In this document: positions 1 to 9,205 of the stretch, in pieces
Numbering within the stretch: the first letter of the stretch is position 1
Layout of the letters: the number at the start of each line of letters is the position of its first letter
Origin: a virus
Taxonomy: Duplodnaviria; Caudoviricetes
Reading direction: 5' to 3' (one strand)
DNA length: 64,000 bases
Virus record (IMG/VR): IMGVR_UViG_3300028532_000002
Location: 1 to 64,000 of that record
The notes under the pieces: model-generated
Database searches by the model: none
Seen by the model: only the letters and a program-made list of their open reading frames with translations
Told to the model about the DNA's origin: nothing
Made by a program: the position numbers and the translations under genes

Positions 1-187
1 GGGTGGCGGCGGGGGTGTAGGGAGCCTGGTAGGTGTACGCGGCGGAGCGGACGGCGTCCGCGTGTGTGGGGGCCTGGACGGTCTCCAGAAAGTCCGGCTC
101 GTAGTCGTAGGGGGAAGTGATGATGGCGGGCCAGTAGGGGCCGGTGGAGTCGGCGAGGGGCTGGGTGTCCTGCTGGGTGGTGGCCAC
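1..187 (-). CDS. Hypothetical protein, runs off left edge (MATTQQDTQPLADSTG...)
   Basis: GTG at 187 preceded by GAAGGAG RBS; open to window edge. Confidence 0.55.
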   Translation of the reverse strand, partial: MATTQQDTQPLADSTGPYWPAIITSPYDYEPDFLETVQAPTHADAVRSAAYTYQAPYTPAAT

Positions 188-245
188 GGGGTCTCCTTCG
201 GGGTGTGGGGGCCGGGGCGCGCTGTCCGCGCGCCCCGGCGGGGGG

Positions 246-803
246 CTATGCGCGGGACTGGGCGAGGAACGCGTCGTGGTGGGGCAGGTCGGCCAGGGGC
301 CAGCTGGCCACGAGCGCGATGGGGTAGCAGCCGATTTCGGGGTTCGCGCGGGCGGCGAAGCGTCCCGCCTCGTGCGGCTCGTCCTGGTGGCCCCTGTAGA
401 CCTCGAAGGTGTCGGCGTCGAGGTCGACGACGTAGCCCCACTCACAGGCCACGGAGTTGAGGGGGAAGTCCGAGACGTCCTCCACGATCCCGGCGAGGAG
501 GATCAGGTCCGGCTTCCCCTGGGTCTCGGCCAGCAGGCCGTACCAGTCCTCGGGGGTGCGCTCGGGGACCCGGATGTCGTCGTGCTGGCGGACGCGCTCG
601 ATGTCGGCAGTGGTCGGGGAGGAGCCGGGGGTCACCACGCGGAGTTCGCGGACGGCCTGACGCAGCGCGTCCATGTCCGTTTCCGCCCCGATCAGCCAGG
701 AGAAGACGGTGTCCCCAAGGACCTCCGGGTAGCTGTCGTGGTGGTTGTAGGCCGTCTTCTCCTGGCTGTCGATGACGAAGGTGATGGATCCGCGCGTGCT
801 CAT
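246..803 (-). CDS. Hypothetical phage protein (MSTRGSITF...EWGYVVDLD)
   Basis: ORF track 246..860; ATG at 803 with GAAAGG RBS; first gene downstream of promoter cassette 842-896. Confidence 0.75.
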   Translation of the reverse strand: MSTRGSITFVIDSQEKTAYNHHDSYPEVLGDTVFSWLIGAETDMDALRQAVRELRVVTPGSSPTTADIERVRQHDDIRVPERTPEDWYGLLAETQGKPDLILLAGIVEDVSDFPLNSVACEWGYVVDLDADTFEVYRGHQDEPHEAGRFAARANPEIGCYPIALVASWPLADLPHHDAFLAQSRA

Positions 804-841
804 GCGGTGCCCTTTCGGTGGTGGTGCAGCCCAACTTGTTC

Positions 842-896
842 CTGTCCCCCCACTATACATAGCCGGGGGGACAGTTTCAACATGGCGGGGGGACAG
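842..896 (-). promoter_or_regulatory. Promoter/operator cassette copy 1 (TTGAAA-17-TATAGT with three CTGTCCCCCC boxes)
   Basis: Minus strand: CTGTCCCCCC gccatg TTGAAA CTGTCCCCCC ggctatg TATAGT GGGGGGACAG. Confidence 0.85.
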
Positions 897-1125
897 AAAT
901 GACCCTCCGTGCAGCCGCCGTGTGCGCCGGGCACAGGTCCGGCTTCCCCTTCGCCCTGTTCTTCGCGCTGGTCGGCATCCGCCACCCGGCCCGGCGGGCG
1001 AGGGGCCGCAGCTCCTTCACGTTCCGCACGGCCCCCCGGGGCGGGTAGTACTCCACGCACCCGGGGGTGTCGCACGAGGCGGTCCACAGGGGGCCGTCCT
1101 CGTCCTCGCCCGGCCCGACGGCCAC
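877..1125 (-). CDS. Small Cys-containing hypothetical protein
   Basis: C-terminal part of ORF 877..1530 (CDTPGC...CPAH); GTG just after ssb stop; stop codon lies in the -35 box of cassette 1. Confidence 0.5.
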   Translation of the reverse strand: MAVGPGEDEDGPLWTASCDTPGCVEYYPPRGAVRNVKELRPLARRAGWRMPTSAKNRAKGKPDLCPAHTAAARRVISVPPPC

Positions 1126-1127
1126 GG

Positions 1128-1667
1128 TCAGAAGGGAGGCTCGTCGGAGAACCCGCCGCCCCCGCCTCCGCCTCCGGCGGCCCAGGGGTCGTTCTGCGGC
1201 GGGGGCCCGCCGGCCTGCCCGCCTCCGAACCCGCCGCCCTGGTTCCCGTAGCCGCCGCCCTGCTGGGCCGGGCCGCCACCGAAGCCACCGCCTCCGCCCT
1301 GGCGCTGGGTCTTGGTGACCTTCGCGGTGGCGCTGCGCAGTGCCGGGCCGACCTCCTCGACGTCGATCTCGAACACGGTCCGCTTCTCGCCCTGCTGGGT
1401 CTCGTAGTTGCGCTGCTTCAGCCGCCCCTGGACGATGACGCGCATGCCGCGCTGGAGGGTCTCGGCCACGTTCTCCGCGTACTGCTTCCACACGGTGCAG
1501 GTGAGGAACATGGACTCGCCGTCCTTCCACTCCCCCGACTGTTTGTCGAAGGTGCGCGGGGTGGAGGCGACGCGGAAGTTGGCGACCGCGGCGCCGCTCG
1601 GCGTGAAACGCAGCTCGGGATCGTCCACGAGGTTGCCCACGAGGGTGATCATCGTTTCGCCTGCCAT
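1128..1667 (-). CDS. ssb: Single-stranded DNA-binding protein
   Basis: Actinobacterial SSB signature ([32 protein letters not shown]), Gly-rich linker, acidic tail FSDEPPF. Confidence 0.97.
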   Translation of the reverse strand: MAGETMITLVGNLVDDPELRFTPSGAAVANFRVASTPRTFDKQSGEWKDGESMFLTCTVWKQYAENVAETLQRGMRVIVQGRLKQRNYETQQGEKRTVFEIDVEEVGPALRSATAKVTKTQRQGGGGGFGGGPAQQGGGYGNQGGGFGGGQAGGPPPQNDPWAAGGGGGGGGFSDEPPF

Positions 1668-1669
1668 GG

Positions 1670-1945
1670 TCAGGACTCCTTCTCGGTGTTGGGGAACAGC
1701 GGGTTGTGGGTGGCGTCGAGCTCCAGCGCCTCGGACTGCGCGAACATCCACGCGGGGGCGTCCTTGGGGCAGCGGACGACCTTCCCGGCGCGCAGCCACC
1801 CCCACGACGCCAGCTCGGCGCTGACGGACGCGTCGTCGGGGTTGTCGAACAGGGCGTCGGTCTCCGTCTCGAAGTGCTGGTAGACGGCGTCGCAGCCGTC
1901 CTCGTCGCACACGGCCACGTAGAAGGTGCGGGGCTGGAGACCCAT
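1670..1945 (-). CDS. Hypothetical protein (CDEDGC ... CPKD)
   Basis: ATG overlapping upstream stop; contiguous with ssb. Confidence 0.6.
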   Translation of the reverse strand: MGLQPRTFYVAVCDEDGCDAVYQHFETETDALFDNPDDASVSAELASWGWLRAGKVVRCPKDAPAWMFAQSEALELDATHNPLFPNTEKES

Positions 1946-2217
1946 CACGACCCGCCGACCATGTCGTGGGGCTCCTGCGTGGCGTCTTGGTGGCCCATCC
2001 CGTAGGAGACGTAGGACGTGTACACGAGGAGGGCGACCCACGCCGCCACGTCGACCAGGACGTAGGCCAGACTCTGGTCGGTCCACAGCACCTCGGTGAT
2101 CAGCCGGGCGGTGCTGCCGCCCGCGATGATGGCGAACAGGGTCCCGGCGATCGCGATCGTCCGCTCCGGCTGGGCCTGCGAAGGGTCGCGGTTGTCGGTC
2201 GTCGGCGGCGCGCTCAC
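1945..2217 (-). CDS. Small membrane protein (2 predicted TM segments)
   Basis: C-terminal part of ORF 1945..2775; hydrophobic stretches; RBS GGAGG. Confidence 0.6.
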   Translation of the reverse strand: MSAPPTTDNRDPSQAQPERTIAIAGTLFAIIAGGSTARLITEVLWTDQSLAYVLVDVAAWVALLVYTSYVSYGMGHQDATQEPHDMVGGS

Positions 2218-2885
2218 CGTCCACCTCCGTCGGGCAGGCCGCGGGGCTCGACGCGGCCGTGCCGGTAGTGCGGGTACGGGTTGGGGACGCGCACGGCCAC
2301 GCGCTGGTGGCGGTCGAGTTCGTTGCCGTCGGCGTCGTGGTGCTGTTCGTTCTCGTGCGCTTGGACCCACGCCTTCTCGTGGGCGTCGAACTCCTCCTGG
2401 GTGGGGTTCTCCGGCGGGCGCGGGATGCGGACGCTGTCGAGCGTGGAGGTCACCCCGGCGGCCTTCGCCTCTTCCGCAGTGAGTTCGTCCACGGCCACCC
2501 ACTTGCAGGTGTTGACCTGGAAGTCGGGGTGGTCCATGTGGGAGTAGGCGGCGTACAACTGCTCCAGGCGGTGGACGACGTCGAGCTGCCACCAGGTGGG
2601 CATGTGCTCCAGCAGCACCCGCGGGATGACGAGGTAGTTCGAGTAGGTGAGGGAGAACCACGTCGACACGTCGTGGCCAGTGCCCTGGGCGGGGTCCTCC
2701 AGGCGGTCGGCCATCTGGTCGAGGTAGTCCTGGACGGCCTCGGGGGCGTGGTGCGCCTCCTGGGTCTGCCCGCACTGTCGGCCGCCGTTGAGGACGACTC
2801 CGCAGTAGTCGTCGTCCTCGTGGCCAGCGATGGGCTGGTACTCGTGGCGGAGCCGGAGGGTCAGGTCATCCAGGTCAACGAGCAT
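2214..2885 (-). CDS. Hypothetical phage protein
   Basis: MLVDLDDLTLRLRHE..., RBS GAAGGAG, overlapping gene chain. Confidence 0.7.
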   Translation of the reverse strand: MLVDLDDLTLRLRHEYQPIAGHEDDDYCGVVLNGGRQCGQTQEAHHAPEAVQDYLDQMADRLEDPAQGTGHDVSTWFSLTYSNYLVIPRVLLEHMPTWWQLDVVHRLEQLYAAYSHMDHPDFQVNTCKWVAVDELTAEEAKAAGVTSTLDSVRIPRPPENPTQEEFDAHEKAWVQAHENEQHHDADGNELDRHQRVAVRVPNPYPHYRHGRVEPRGLPDGGGR

Positions 2886-2887
2886 GG

Positions 2888-3097
2888 TCAGGTCTCCTTC
2901 GTGGTGGGGCGCGGGCGTCCGGTCCAGTCCTGACCGGCGGCGATGCGGTCGATGATGCGCAGCGCCCGCTCGTAGCCGGACTGCACGCCGCGGGCGTGCG
3001 TGGGGTAGTGCGCGGCCCCGAACGAGGCGGCGTCGCGGGCGGCGGCCTGGCGGAGGCCGTCCTTGATGAGGTCGATGAGCTCGGCTGAGGTGGCCAT
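2888..3097 (-). CDS. Hypothetical protein
   Basis: MATSAELIDLIKDGL...; RBS GGAGG. Confidence 0.6.
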   Translation of the reverse strand: MATSAELIDLIKDGLRQAAARDAASFGAAHYPTHARGVQSGYERALRIIDRIAAGQDWTGRPRPTTKET

Positions 3098-3819
3098 CAC
3101 GCCTCCTGCGCGGCCGAGGTGCGGTCGCCGTGGTTCGCGTTGGTGGGGCAGTCCCAGCCACCGTCGGGACGCCGGGGCCATCCGAGGTCGTCGGCGACCT
3201 CTCCGACCTCGACGGCGGACGCGTAGTGGGTCTGGCCGTAGTCCGTGGCCAGGGGGGTTCCGCAGGCGCACGTGTAGGTGTGGCAGAGCAGGGTGTCGCG
3301 GGCGACGGCCAGGCCCGCGGCGACGTCGGCGGGCAGGGACGCGAGGTGGGCCTCGGCGTCGGCGCGGGTGGGCTGGCACGGGATGCCGGCGGGTCCCTCC
3401 CAGTTCTCGCCGGTGGTGGGGCCGGTGGTGTGGATGAGGGTCCACCCCAGGTGGGTGCGGGTGGGTTCGGTGCGGTGTGGCCACCAGGCGTCGTGCAGAT
3501 CCTGGCGGCACAGGACGCACAGGCCGTCCCGGGAGGTGTCTTCCTCGCAGTCGCGGCACGGGCCGCTCTCGCGGGCGCTCGTGTCGGGCTGCTGGCCCTG
3601 CACCGCGGCAACGCAGGTGGGGCACAGCCCCTCGGGGGCGTCGTCCAGGTTGGTGAGGGTCAGCGGTTCGGTGGGGACGACGGAGAGGTTGTCGCAACCG
3701 GTGAGCGCGAGGGCCCCGGGCGTGGGGTCGCAGAAGACGAAGGCGAGGATGGTGTGCCGGTACTGGGGGTCGGCGGTGGCGTAGGGGCTGTGGGGGTTCG
3801 GGGCGATTCGGGTGCCCAT
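3097..3819 (-). CDS. Hypothetical Cys-rich protein
   Basis: 240-aa ORF with several CxxC pairs; 1-bp overlaps with neighbours. Confidence 0.65.
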   Translation of the reverse strand: MGTRIAPNPHSPYATADPQYRHTILAFVFCDPTPGALALTGCDNLSVVPTEPLTLTNLDDAPEGLCPTCVAAVQGQQPDTSARESGPCRDCEEDTSRDGLCVLCRQDLHDAWWPHRTEPTRTHLGWTLIHTTGPTTGENWEGPAGIPCQPTRADAEAHLASLPADVAAGLAVARDTLLCHTYTCACGTPLATDYGQTHYASAVEVGEVADDLGWPRRPDGGWDCPTNANHGDRTSAAQEA

Positions 3820-4208
3820 CAGCTGTTCTCCTTCGCGGCCTGGACGCCGGACTCGATCAGCGCGTCGGGGTCGATGCCGGCCTCACGCGCACGGTCGGCC
3901 GCCCACTCCGAGGCGTCGCCGAAGACGAACTGGGCCGCGAGGTCCTCCATGACCTTGTCCGCGGCGGCCGGGGCGTGCTCGAGGAGGGCGCGGGCCAGGT
4001 AGGCGATGGTGTACGCGGTGGTGGATGCGTGGTAGGCGGTGTGCGCGGCGGCGTTGTCGCCGCGGCTGATGTGGCCTCGGGCGAGGCCGGTCTGGTGCAG
4101 GACCACGGCGGTGTGGTGGTCGGCGAGCTGGCGGGGGGTCATGGTCGCCAGGGACGGGATGGGGGCGGCGGTGTCCGGGGTGACGTCCGTGGCGGTGAGG
4201 GGGCTCAT
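3819..4208 (-). CDS. Hypothetical protein
   Basis: MSPLTATDVT..., RBS AGGAG. Confidence 0.65.
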   Translation of the reverse strand: MSPLTATDVTPDTAAPIPSLATMTPRQLADHHTAVVLHQTGLARGHISRGDNAAAHTAYHASTTAYTIAYLARALLEHAPAAADKVMEDLAAQFVFGDASEWAADRAREAGIDPDALIESGVQAAKENS

Positions 4209-4273
4209 CGGGTGCTCCTGTCGTGAGGGGGCCCGGGGTGCGCTGCGGGTGCGCGCCCCCGGGGCAGGGCGGG

Positions 4274-5110
4274 TCAGAAGAGGGCGGCCTGGAGGGGCCC
4301 GGCGGGAATCACCCGTGCGCGGGTGGTGTCGGTGCGCGGGTCGTAGTGCGGTCCGTCGACGGAAACCCATCCGGCCATGGCGATCACGTCGGCGACATCC
4401 CGGTGCACGGCACCATCGGCGGAGAGGATTTGCCACACCTCGGGGGTCCGGTCGGTGGTGTGCTGGATGGACAGGACGTCGACCCGGCGGCCGTCGGGCA
4501 GGGTGCGGTGGCGGGCGAACTCGGCCTCGAAGAACTCGGTTGGCCGGGGCGGCGCGGGGGCTGCGGCGCACTCGGGGCAGTGCGGGCGGCCGAACGCCGA
4601 GGGGTTGCCCACGGGGCCTGTGAAGGCGTCCCCGCACATGGTGTGCGTCGGCAGGTCCGGGTCTGCTCGGTGCAGGACGCGGCCGAGATCCAGCGGGCCG
4701 GGCGAGATGGCCACGTACTCCCACGGGTCCCACAGCCACCCGGCGTCGGCCCCGGGGCGGAGGTAGGTGCGACGGAAGCCAGCGATCCGAGGGGAGGCAG
4801 CCGCAGTGTGGTGCTCGCACGTGCACGTCCACCGGCAGGTGCGGTCGGCGAGCCATACCGAGACTGGGGCGCCAACGTCCAGGACGCACGGCCCGCCCGC
4901 GTAGGTCAGGTGGGTCTCCGGGCGGGGCCCGGCCACCTCGGCGGCGCGGCACCGGGCGTGGTCCCCGTGCAGGCAGTGGCCGCTCGGCCCCCACTGGCAG
5001 GCGCACACGGGGAGCTGGGCGGGGTGTCCGGTCCCGTACCGGCCGGGGGCACGGCGGGGGCGGGGCGGGGCGTCGCCGGGCAGGTGCGCGTCCCGCACGG
5101 CTGCGGTCAC
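4274..5110 (-). CDS. Hypothetical Cys/His-rich phage protein
   Basis: CACQWGPSGHC, CRWTCTCEHH, CPEC motifs; GTG overlaps stop of upstream HTH gene. Confidence 0.65.
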   Translation of the reverse strand: MTAAVRDAHLPGDAPPRPRRAPGRYGTGHPAQLPVCACQWGPSGHCLHGDHARCRAAEVAGPRPETHLTYAGGPCVLDVGAPVSVWLADRTCRWTCTCEHHTAAASPRIAGFRRTYLRPGADAGWLWDPWEYVAISPGPLDLGRVLHRADPDLPTHTMCGDAFTGPVGNPSAFGRPHCPECAAAPAPPRPTEFFEAEFARHRTLPDGRRVDVLSIQHTTDRTPEVWQILSADGAVHRDVADVIAMAGWVSVDGPHYDPRTDTTRARVIPAGPLQAALF

Positions 5111-5334
5111 GACTGGCTCCCCGGGGTGGGGTGGGCCACGGCAACGTCGCGGGCGGCGAGGTAGTCGCGGAGGGCTTGGGGGCGGATGCGGTACTCGCGG
5201 CCGGCGCGGGTCGCGGGCAGGGTGCCGCTCCGGCACCAGCGGGTGATGGTCTTGCGGGTGACCCGCAGGCGGTCGGCGACGTCGCGGACGGTGAGGAGTG
5301 TTTCGCCGCTCGGGTGCGGCGGGTGGTCGGTCAC
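5107..5334 (-). CDS. Excisionase-like HTH DNA-binding protein (HTH_17/MerR-like)
   Basis: LLTVRDVADRLRVTRKTITRWCRSGTLPATRAGREYRI is the typical Xis-family pattern. Confidence 0.88.
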   Translation of the reverse strand: MTDHPPHPSGETLLTVRDVADRLRVTRKTITRWCRSGTLPATRAGREYRIRPQALRDYLAARDVAVAHPTPGSQS

Positions 5335-5411
5335 GGCCGTGTCCTTCCTGGGCGGTGAGCGTGAGGGGCCCCTGCCCCCGAAGGGGCCTTGAGGGTCACT
5401 GAGGTTACTTT

Positions 5412-5431
5412 AGGGCTCTTTTGGGTTCATG
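5412..5431. promoter_or_regulatory. Putative operator, copy A (AGGGCTCTTTTGGGTTCATG)
   Basis: 19/20 identical to 17614-17633; upstream of the Xis-like gene. Confidence 0.55.
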
Positions 5432-5538
5432 GGTAGCCCCTTGGACGAACGAACCCCCGTTCGGCCGTCTGGGGCCGCACGGGGGCGCGTGAGATGATGC
5501 GGGGCGAACCCCGGGTGTCGGAAGCACCCGGGGCTCAC

Positions 5539-6768
5539 CTATGCCGCAGCGGCGACCTTGGGTTCGGGCCGGGTGATGCGTTCCCCGGTGAGGGCCTCGA
5601 CCTGGGCAGCGCCGAGGTCGCGCATCATCGGCGGGCACACCGCGTTGCCGATCTGGATGACCTGCTGCTCCCTGTTGCCGGTGAGCACGTATCCGGGCGG
5701 GAACCCGGACGCGCCCATGTACTCCCCCACCGTGAACATCCGGTACCGCAGGTCGTCCAGGTGGCGGTAGCGGCCTCCGAGGAGAAGCCCGTGCCGGTCC
5801 CGGGTGGTGATGGTCGGCAGCGGCCGGTCGGCCGGGCGCGGGCTGGAAGCGCTGTAGTACGGGGACACCAGGTCCGGCACGGTGTACTCGGCTCCGACGG
5901 TGCGGGCGTACCGGTCCAGGCCGCGCTGGAGGCGGGCCCGGGTCGCGGGTACGAGCGGCCGGGTGCGGGTGCCGGGCTGGCGCTCCCCGATCCGCAGGGC
6001 CGGGGCGGTGCGGTCGATGATGTCGGCCGCCGTGCGCACCGCAGGGAACACCTTCTGATGGCGGCAGCTGGCGTTCGGGCACCGCCAGTCGTACTGCTCC
6101 CCGTAGGAGCCCACCCGCACCTCGGGGTTGCGCCACCCCTGCACCGCGGCGACCGGCCCGCACTCGGGGCAGTGGGCGGACGGGCGGGTCCACCGGGCCA
6201 GGTCCGGCGCCGTCGCGCCCTTGCGCCAGGCCAGGACGATCAGCCGGTCCCGGGACGTGGCGGCGCCAGGGCCGAGCGCGGTTGCGTACAGGGCGTTCAC
6301 CGACACCACGGTCCACTCGTAGCCGAGGCTGGTCAGGCCCATGCACCAGGGCGCCCACAGCGCCCACTGCCGGACCTCGAAGACGTTCTCCACGATGAGC
6401 CGGGGGTAGCGGTGGTGCTCGGCGAAGCGGAGCACGTCCCACATGGTCGCGCGCGACTTCTCGACGTCGACGTCGACCAGGCCGTCGTCGAACAGGGCGG
6501 GCTGGCCGTCGCGCTGTCGGCCGGCGGCCCGGGAGTGCTTGGTGCACTCGGGGGTGAACATGCCGATGTCCGTGCGCGGGTACCGGCGCGGGCTGACTTG
6601 GGACAGGTCGGCGGTGTCGTGCAGGGCGCCGGGGAAGTTGGCCTCGTGGGTGGCCATGGCGGTCGGCCAGTGGTTCGCGGCCAGTGCCAGCCGGGTGCCG
6701 GGCACCTGGGTGATACCGGCGCCGCCGCCCCCGGCCCCGCCGTAGAAGTCGGACACGGTCACGGTCAC
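5539..6768 (-). CDS. C5 DNA cytosine methyltransferase
   Basis: Motif I FYGGAGG, motif IV TPEC, motif VI ENV, motif X QIGNAVCP. Confidence 0.93.
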   Translation of the reverse strand: MTVTVSDFYGGAGGGGAGITQVPGTRLALAANHWPTAMATHEANFPGALHDTADLSQVSPRRYPRTDIGMFTPECTKHSRAAGRQRDGQPALFDDGLVDVDVEKSRATMWDVLRFAEHHRYPRLIVENVFEVRQWALWAPWCMGLTSLGYEWTVVSVNALYATALGPGAATSRDRLIVLAWRKGATAPDLARWTRPSAHCPECGPVAAVQGWRNPEVRVGSYGEQYDWRCPNASCRHQKVFPAVRTAADIIDRTAPALRIGERQPGTRTRPLVPATRARLQRGLDRYARTVGAEYTVPDLVSPYYSASSPRPADRPLPTITTRDRHGLLLGGRYRHLDDLRYRMFTVGEYMGASGFPPGYVLTGNREQQVIQIGNAVCPPMMRDLGAAQVEALTGERITRPEPKVAAAA

Positions 6769-6965
6769 GACAGGTCTCCCAGGTCGGCGTGGCGGATGTC
6801 GATGTTGATCCACTCGTCGTCGTCGCCGACCAGGACGTCGACCTCGACGGGCTCGTACACGTGCCCGGTGCCGTGCTCGTCGATGTCGGTGAGCAGGACG
6901 GGCCACTGGCCGTGGCCTTCGGCGATCAGCTCGCCGAGCCGGGTGTGGAGCTGTTCGAGGTTCAC
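6765..6965 (-). CDS. Hypothetical protein
   Basis: GTGA overlaps on both sides. Confidence 0.55.
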   Translation of the reverse strand: MNLEQLHTRLGELIAEGHGQWPVLLTDIDEHGTGHVYEPVEVDVLVGDDDEWINIDIRHADLGDLS

Positions 6966-7297
6966 GCTGCCTCCTGGGCGTGGTGGGCGGTGGCGGCCCG
7001 GGACAGGGCCTCCTCGTAGATCTCCACCAGCGCCGTCCGGCGCGGGGAGCGGTTGGGGAGCTGCTGCCACATCTCCGGCGGGATGTAGCCGGTCCACCGG
7101 GACGGGTCGCTGTAGGCCAGCGGCGGCTCGGTGAGGCGCGCGGCCAGGTCCGGGTGCGCGAGGACCGCGCGGCGCCGCTCAGCGTTCGTGGTCACCTCGA
7201 TCTCCACCTGACCCAGGCGCATCGCCCGGATCGCCAGCTCCTGCATGAGCTTGATGTCGCCGGGGATACCGGGTTCGCCCTTGCGTCGGAAGGTCAC
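6962..7297 (-). CDS. Hypothetical protein
   Basis: C-terminal part of ORF 6962..7957; GTGA overlap with ATPase stop. Confidence 0.55.
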   Translation of the reverse strand: MTFRRKGEPGIPGDIKLMQELAIRAMRLGQVEIEVTTNAERRRAVLAHPDLAARLTEPPLAYSDPSRWTGYIPPEMWQQLPNRSPRRTALVEIYEEALSRAATAHHAQEAA

Positions 7298-8001
7298 GCC
7301 GCACGCCCCTGCCCGTTGATCTCGGCCGCGAGGCGCGCGCGCTGGCGGGCGTTCTGGCGGCGGTCCTCGCCCTCCACGACGGCCCGGTTGGTGACGAACT
7401 CGCGCATGCGCGACTCCACCCGGTCGCCGAAGCGGGCCTTGAGCTCGCCGGGGGTCACGTTCGAGGTGATCAGGGTCGGCAGGCGGCGCGGGTTGCGGTG
7501 CTCGATGAGCCGGTAGTTGACCTCCTCCACGAACTGGGTGTCCTTGGTGTTGGCCCCCAGGTCGTCCAGGACCAGGAGTGGTGCTCCGGCGATGGAGCGG
7601 AACTCGGCCTCGGAGTCGATGCCGTGGCGCGGGCGCAGCCGGGCGTAGAGCTCGGGGCCGTTGACGAACACCCACGGGCAGCGGATACCGGAGACCGCGA
7701 GCGCGCGCAGCGCCCCGTAGGCCTGGTAGGTCTTCCCGCGTCCGACCAGGCCCATGATCATCAGGGTGGGGCCCTTGCGGATGGCCAGCATGTCGGAGCG
7801 GGACCCCTCGACGGCGGCGGTGACGATCGCTTCCACCCAGGCGATGACGTTGGGGTCGTCGGCGACGGCGTTCGCGTACATGTCGGGGACGGTCTCCTCG
7901 ACGCGCCGTGCGGCGGCGTCGCGGGCCACCTGGGCAGCGATGGGGTCGGCGTCGCACAGGTCCTCGACGCGGATGATGGTCGGGTCGGTGGGCTGGATCA
8001 T
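7294..8001 (-). CDS. DnaC/IstB-like AAA+ ATPase (helicase loader)
   Basis: Walker A GLVGRGKT, Walker B LLVLDDLG, TLITSN, RVESR; directly after replication initiator. Confidence 0.92.
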   Translation of the reverse strand: MIQPTDPTIIRVEDLCDADPIAAQVARDAAARRVEETVPDMYANAVADDPNVIAWVEAIVTAAVEGSRSDMLAIRKGPTLMIMGLVGRGKTYQAYGALRALAVSGIRCPWVFVNGPELYARLRPRHGIDSEAEFRSIAGAPLLVLDDLGANTKDTQFVEEVNYRLIEHRNPRRLPTLITSNVTPGELKARFGDRVESRMREFVTNRAVVEGEDRRQNARQRARLAAEINGQGRAA

Positions 8002-9131
8002 TACCACTCCTCGTGGAAGGCGGATGAGTCGGTGGGGCCGGCGTAGGGCACGTGGCCGCCAGCGGCAGGACGGAGCTGGACGACGTTGTCGCCCGCGCGG
8101 CTCATGTCGCGCATGGGCCAGGAGCCCTCCCACATGCCGTCGGAGAGCCACTTGGAGGACTTCACGGCGTAGTGGAGTTCCTCAGGGGTGGCGCCCTGCC
8201 ACATACGGCCGTAGAGCTGGGCCCCGGCGACGATCTCCCGGGCGTCCGTGCCGTCAGCAATAGCGCGGGACCAGGCGCGGCGGGCGCCGTCCTTGTCGGT
8301 CTTCTTGGGGTAGGCGTCCCAGAACTCGACGAAGAACGGGTCATCCTTCTTCTTCGCCCGTGGCTTGGGAGCGTCCTCGGTGCCGCCGAAGAGATCCGGC
8401 GCGCCACTTGGCGCGTCAGCGCCAGGCTGCGTAGCAGAGGTAGTTACCTGTTCCCCTGTTCCCCTGTTCCCCTGTTCCCCTGTTCCAGGGCCGGAGCTGT
8501 GCGGAGCTTCCGCCGCGCCGGGGCGGACATTGTCGGAAGTTCCGCTACTCCCCTGTTCAGGGCGGGTTTCGTGGTTGGATCGGGAGTCGTTCTCCTGGTT
8601 CTGTTCGGGGGCGGTGCCCTCGTGCCGCGCCTGGACCTCAGGGGCCTTTGCGGGGGTCTGCGCCGGGTCGTTCCCGGGCTCCGCAGAGGGCCCAGAATCT
8701 TCCGCCGCACCGCGTCGGAGATTGTCGGAAGTTCCGCCCCTTCGCTGGTCACGGGCCAGGAAGTCCCACGGTTCGCCCTTATCGGGGGCGGGGTACTTCG
8801 ACTGGGCGGTCCGCTCGTTGCGCTGGTGCCGCTTCCAGGAGGGGATGGCGTAGTAAGGGCGTCCACCGACCTTGTAGAACTGCACTCCGAACAGGTCGCG
8901 GACCTGGGCGAGGGTGTTCTTGAACCCAGCCATGGTGGCGACCTCCGGGGCGTCCTCCTCCTCGTCGAAGGGGAACGCGAACCCCTGGAGCTCACGGAGC
9001 TGGCAGGTGCCCCTCCCCGCGTCGTCTGCCCAGTTCCACATGGCGATGAAGAGCAGACGCGCCCAAGGGCTGATGGTTTCGATGCCGGGACTGCTCCAGA
9101 ACTCCGGCTTCGTGGTGCGGATACGCGGCAT
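8001..9131 (-). CDS. Phage replication initiator protein (lambda O/DnaD-like organisation)
   Basis: MPRIRTTKPEFWSS...ARLLFIAMWNWADDAGR N-terminus, low-complexity linker, C-terminal FVEFWDAYPKKTDK; paired with DnaC-like gene. Confidence 0.85.
   Translation of the reverse strand: MPRIRTTKPEFWSSPGIETISPWARLLFIAMWNWADDAGRGTCQLRELQGFAFPFDEEEDAPEVATMAGFKNTLAQVRDLFGVQFYKVGGRPYYAIPSWKRHQRNERTAQSKYPAPDKGEPWDFLARDQRRGGTSDNLRRGAAEDSGPSAEPGNDPAQTPAKAPEVQARHEGTAPEQNQENDSRSNHETRPEQGSSGTSDNVRPGAAEAPHSSGPGTGEQGNRGTGEQVTTSATQPGADAPSGAPDLFGGTEDAPKPRAKKKDDPFFVEFWDAYPKKTDKDGARRAWSRAIADGTDAREIVAGAQLYGRMWQGATPEELHYAVKSSKWLSDGMWEGSWPMRDMSRAGDNVVQLRPAAGGHVPYAGPTDSSAFHEEW
8447..8486 (+). repeat. Tandem 8-bp repeat (CCTGTTCC) x5 inside replication gene
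   Basis: Read directly from sequence; encodes GTGEQGNRGTGEQ. Confidence 0.85.
8508..8737 (+). repeat. 38-bp direct repeat pair (8508-8545 and 8700-8737), candidate iterons
   Basis: 34/38 identical, core ATTGTCGGAAGTTCCGC, 192 bp apart. Confidence 0.7.
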
Positions 9132-9205
9132 GTGTGCGCCTTCAGTACTTCGGGTTCGGATGGTGGGGGCCGCCCCGGTGCGGGGCCGGGGCGGCGCAGG
9201 GTGGG

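Noticed and set aside
1128-1320. Gly-rich low-complexity tract as a repeat of interest
   Set aside because: Ordinary SSB C-terminal linker
7294-8001. IS21 element (IstB-like ATPase)
   Set aside because: No IstA transposase or terminal repeats; it is coupled to a phage replication initiator, so a helicase loader is more likely
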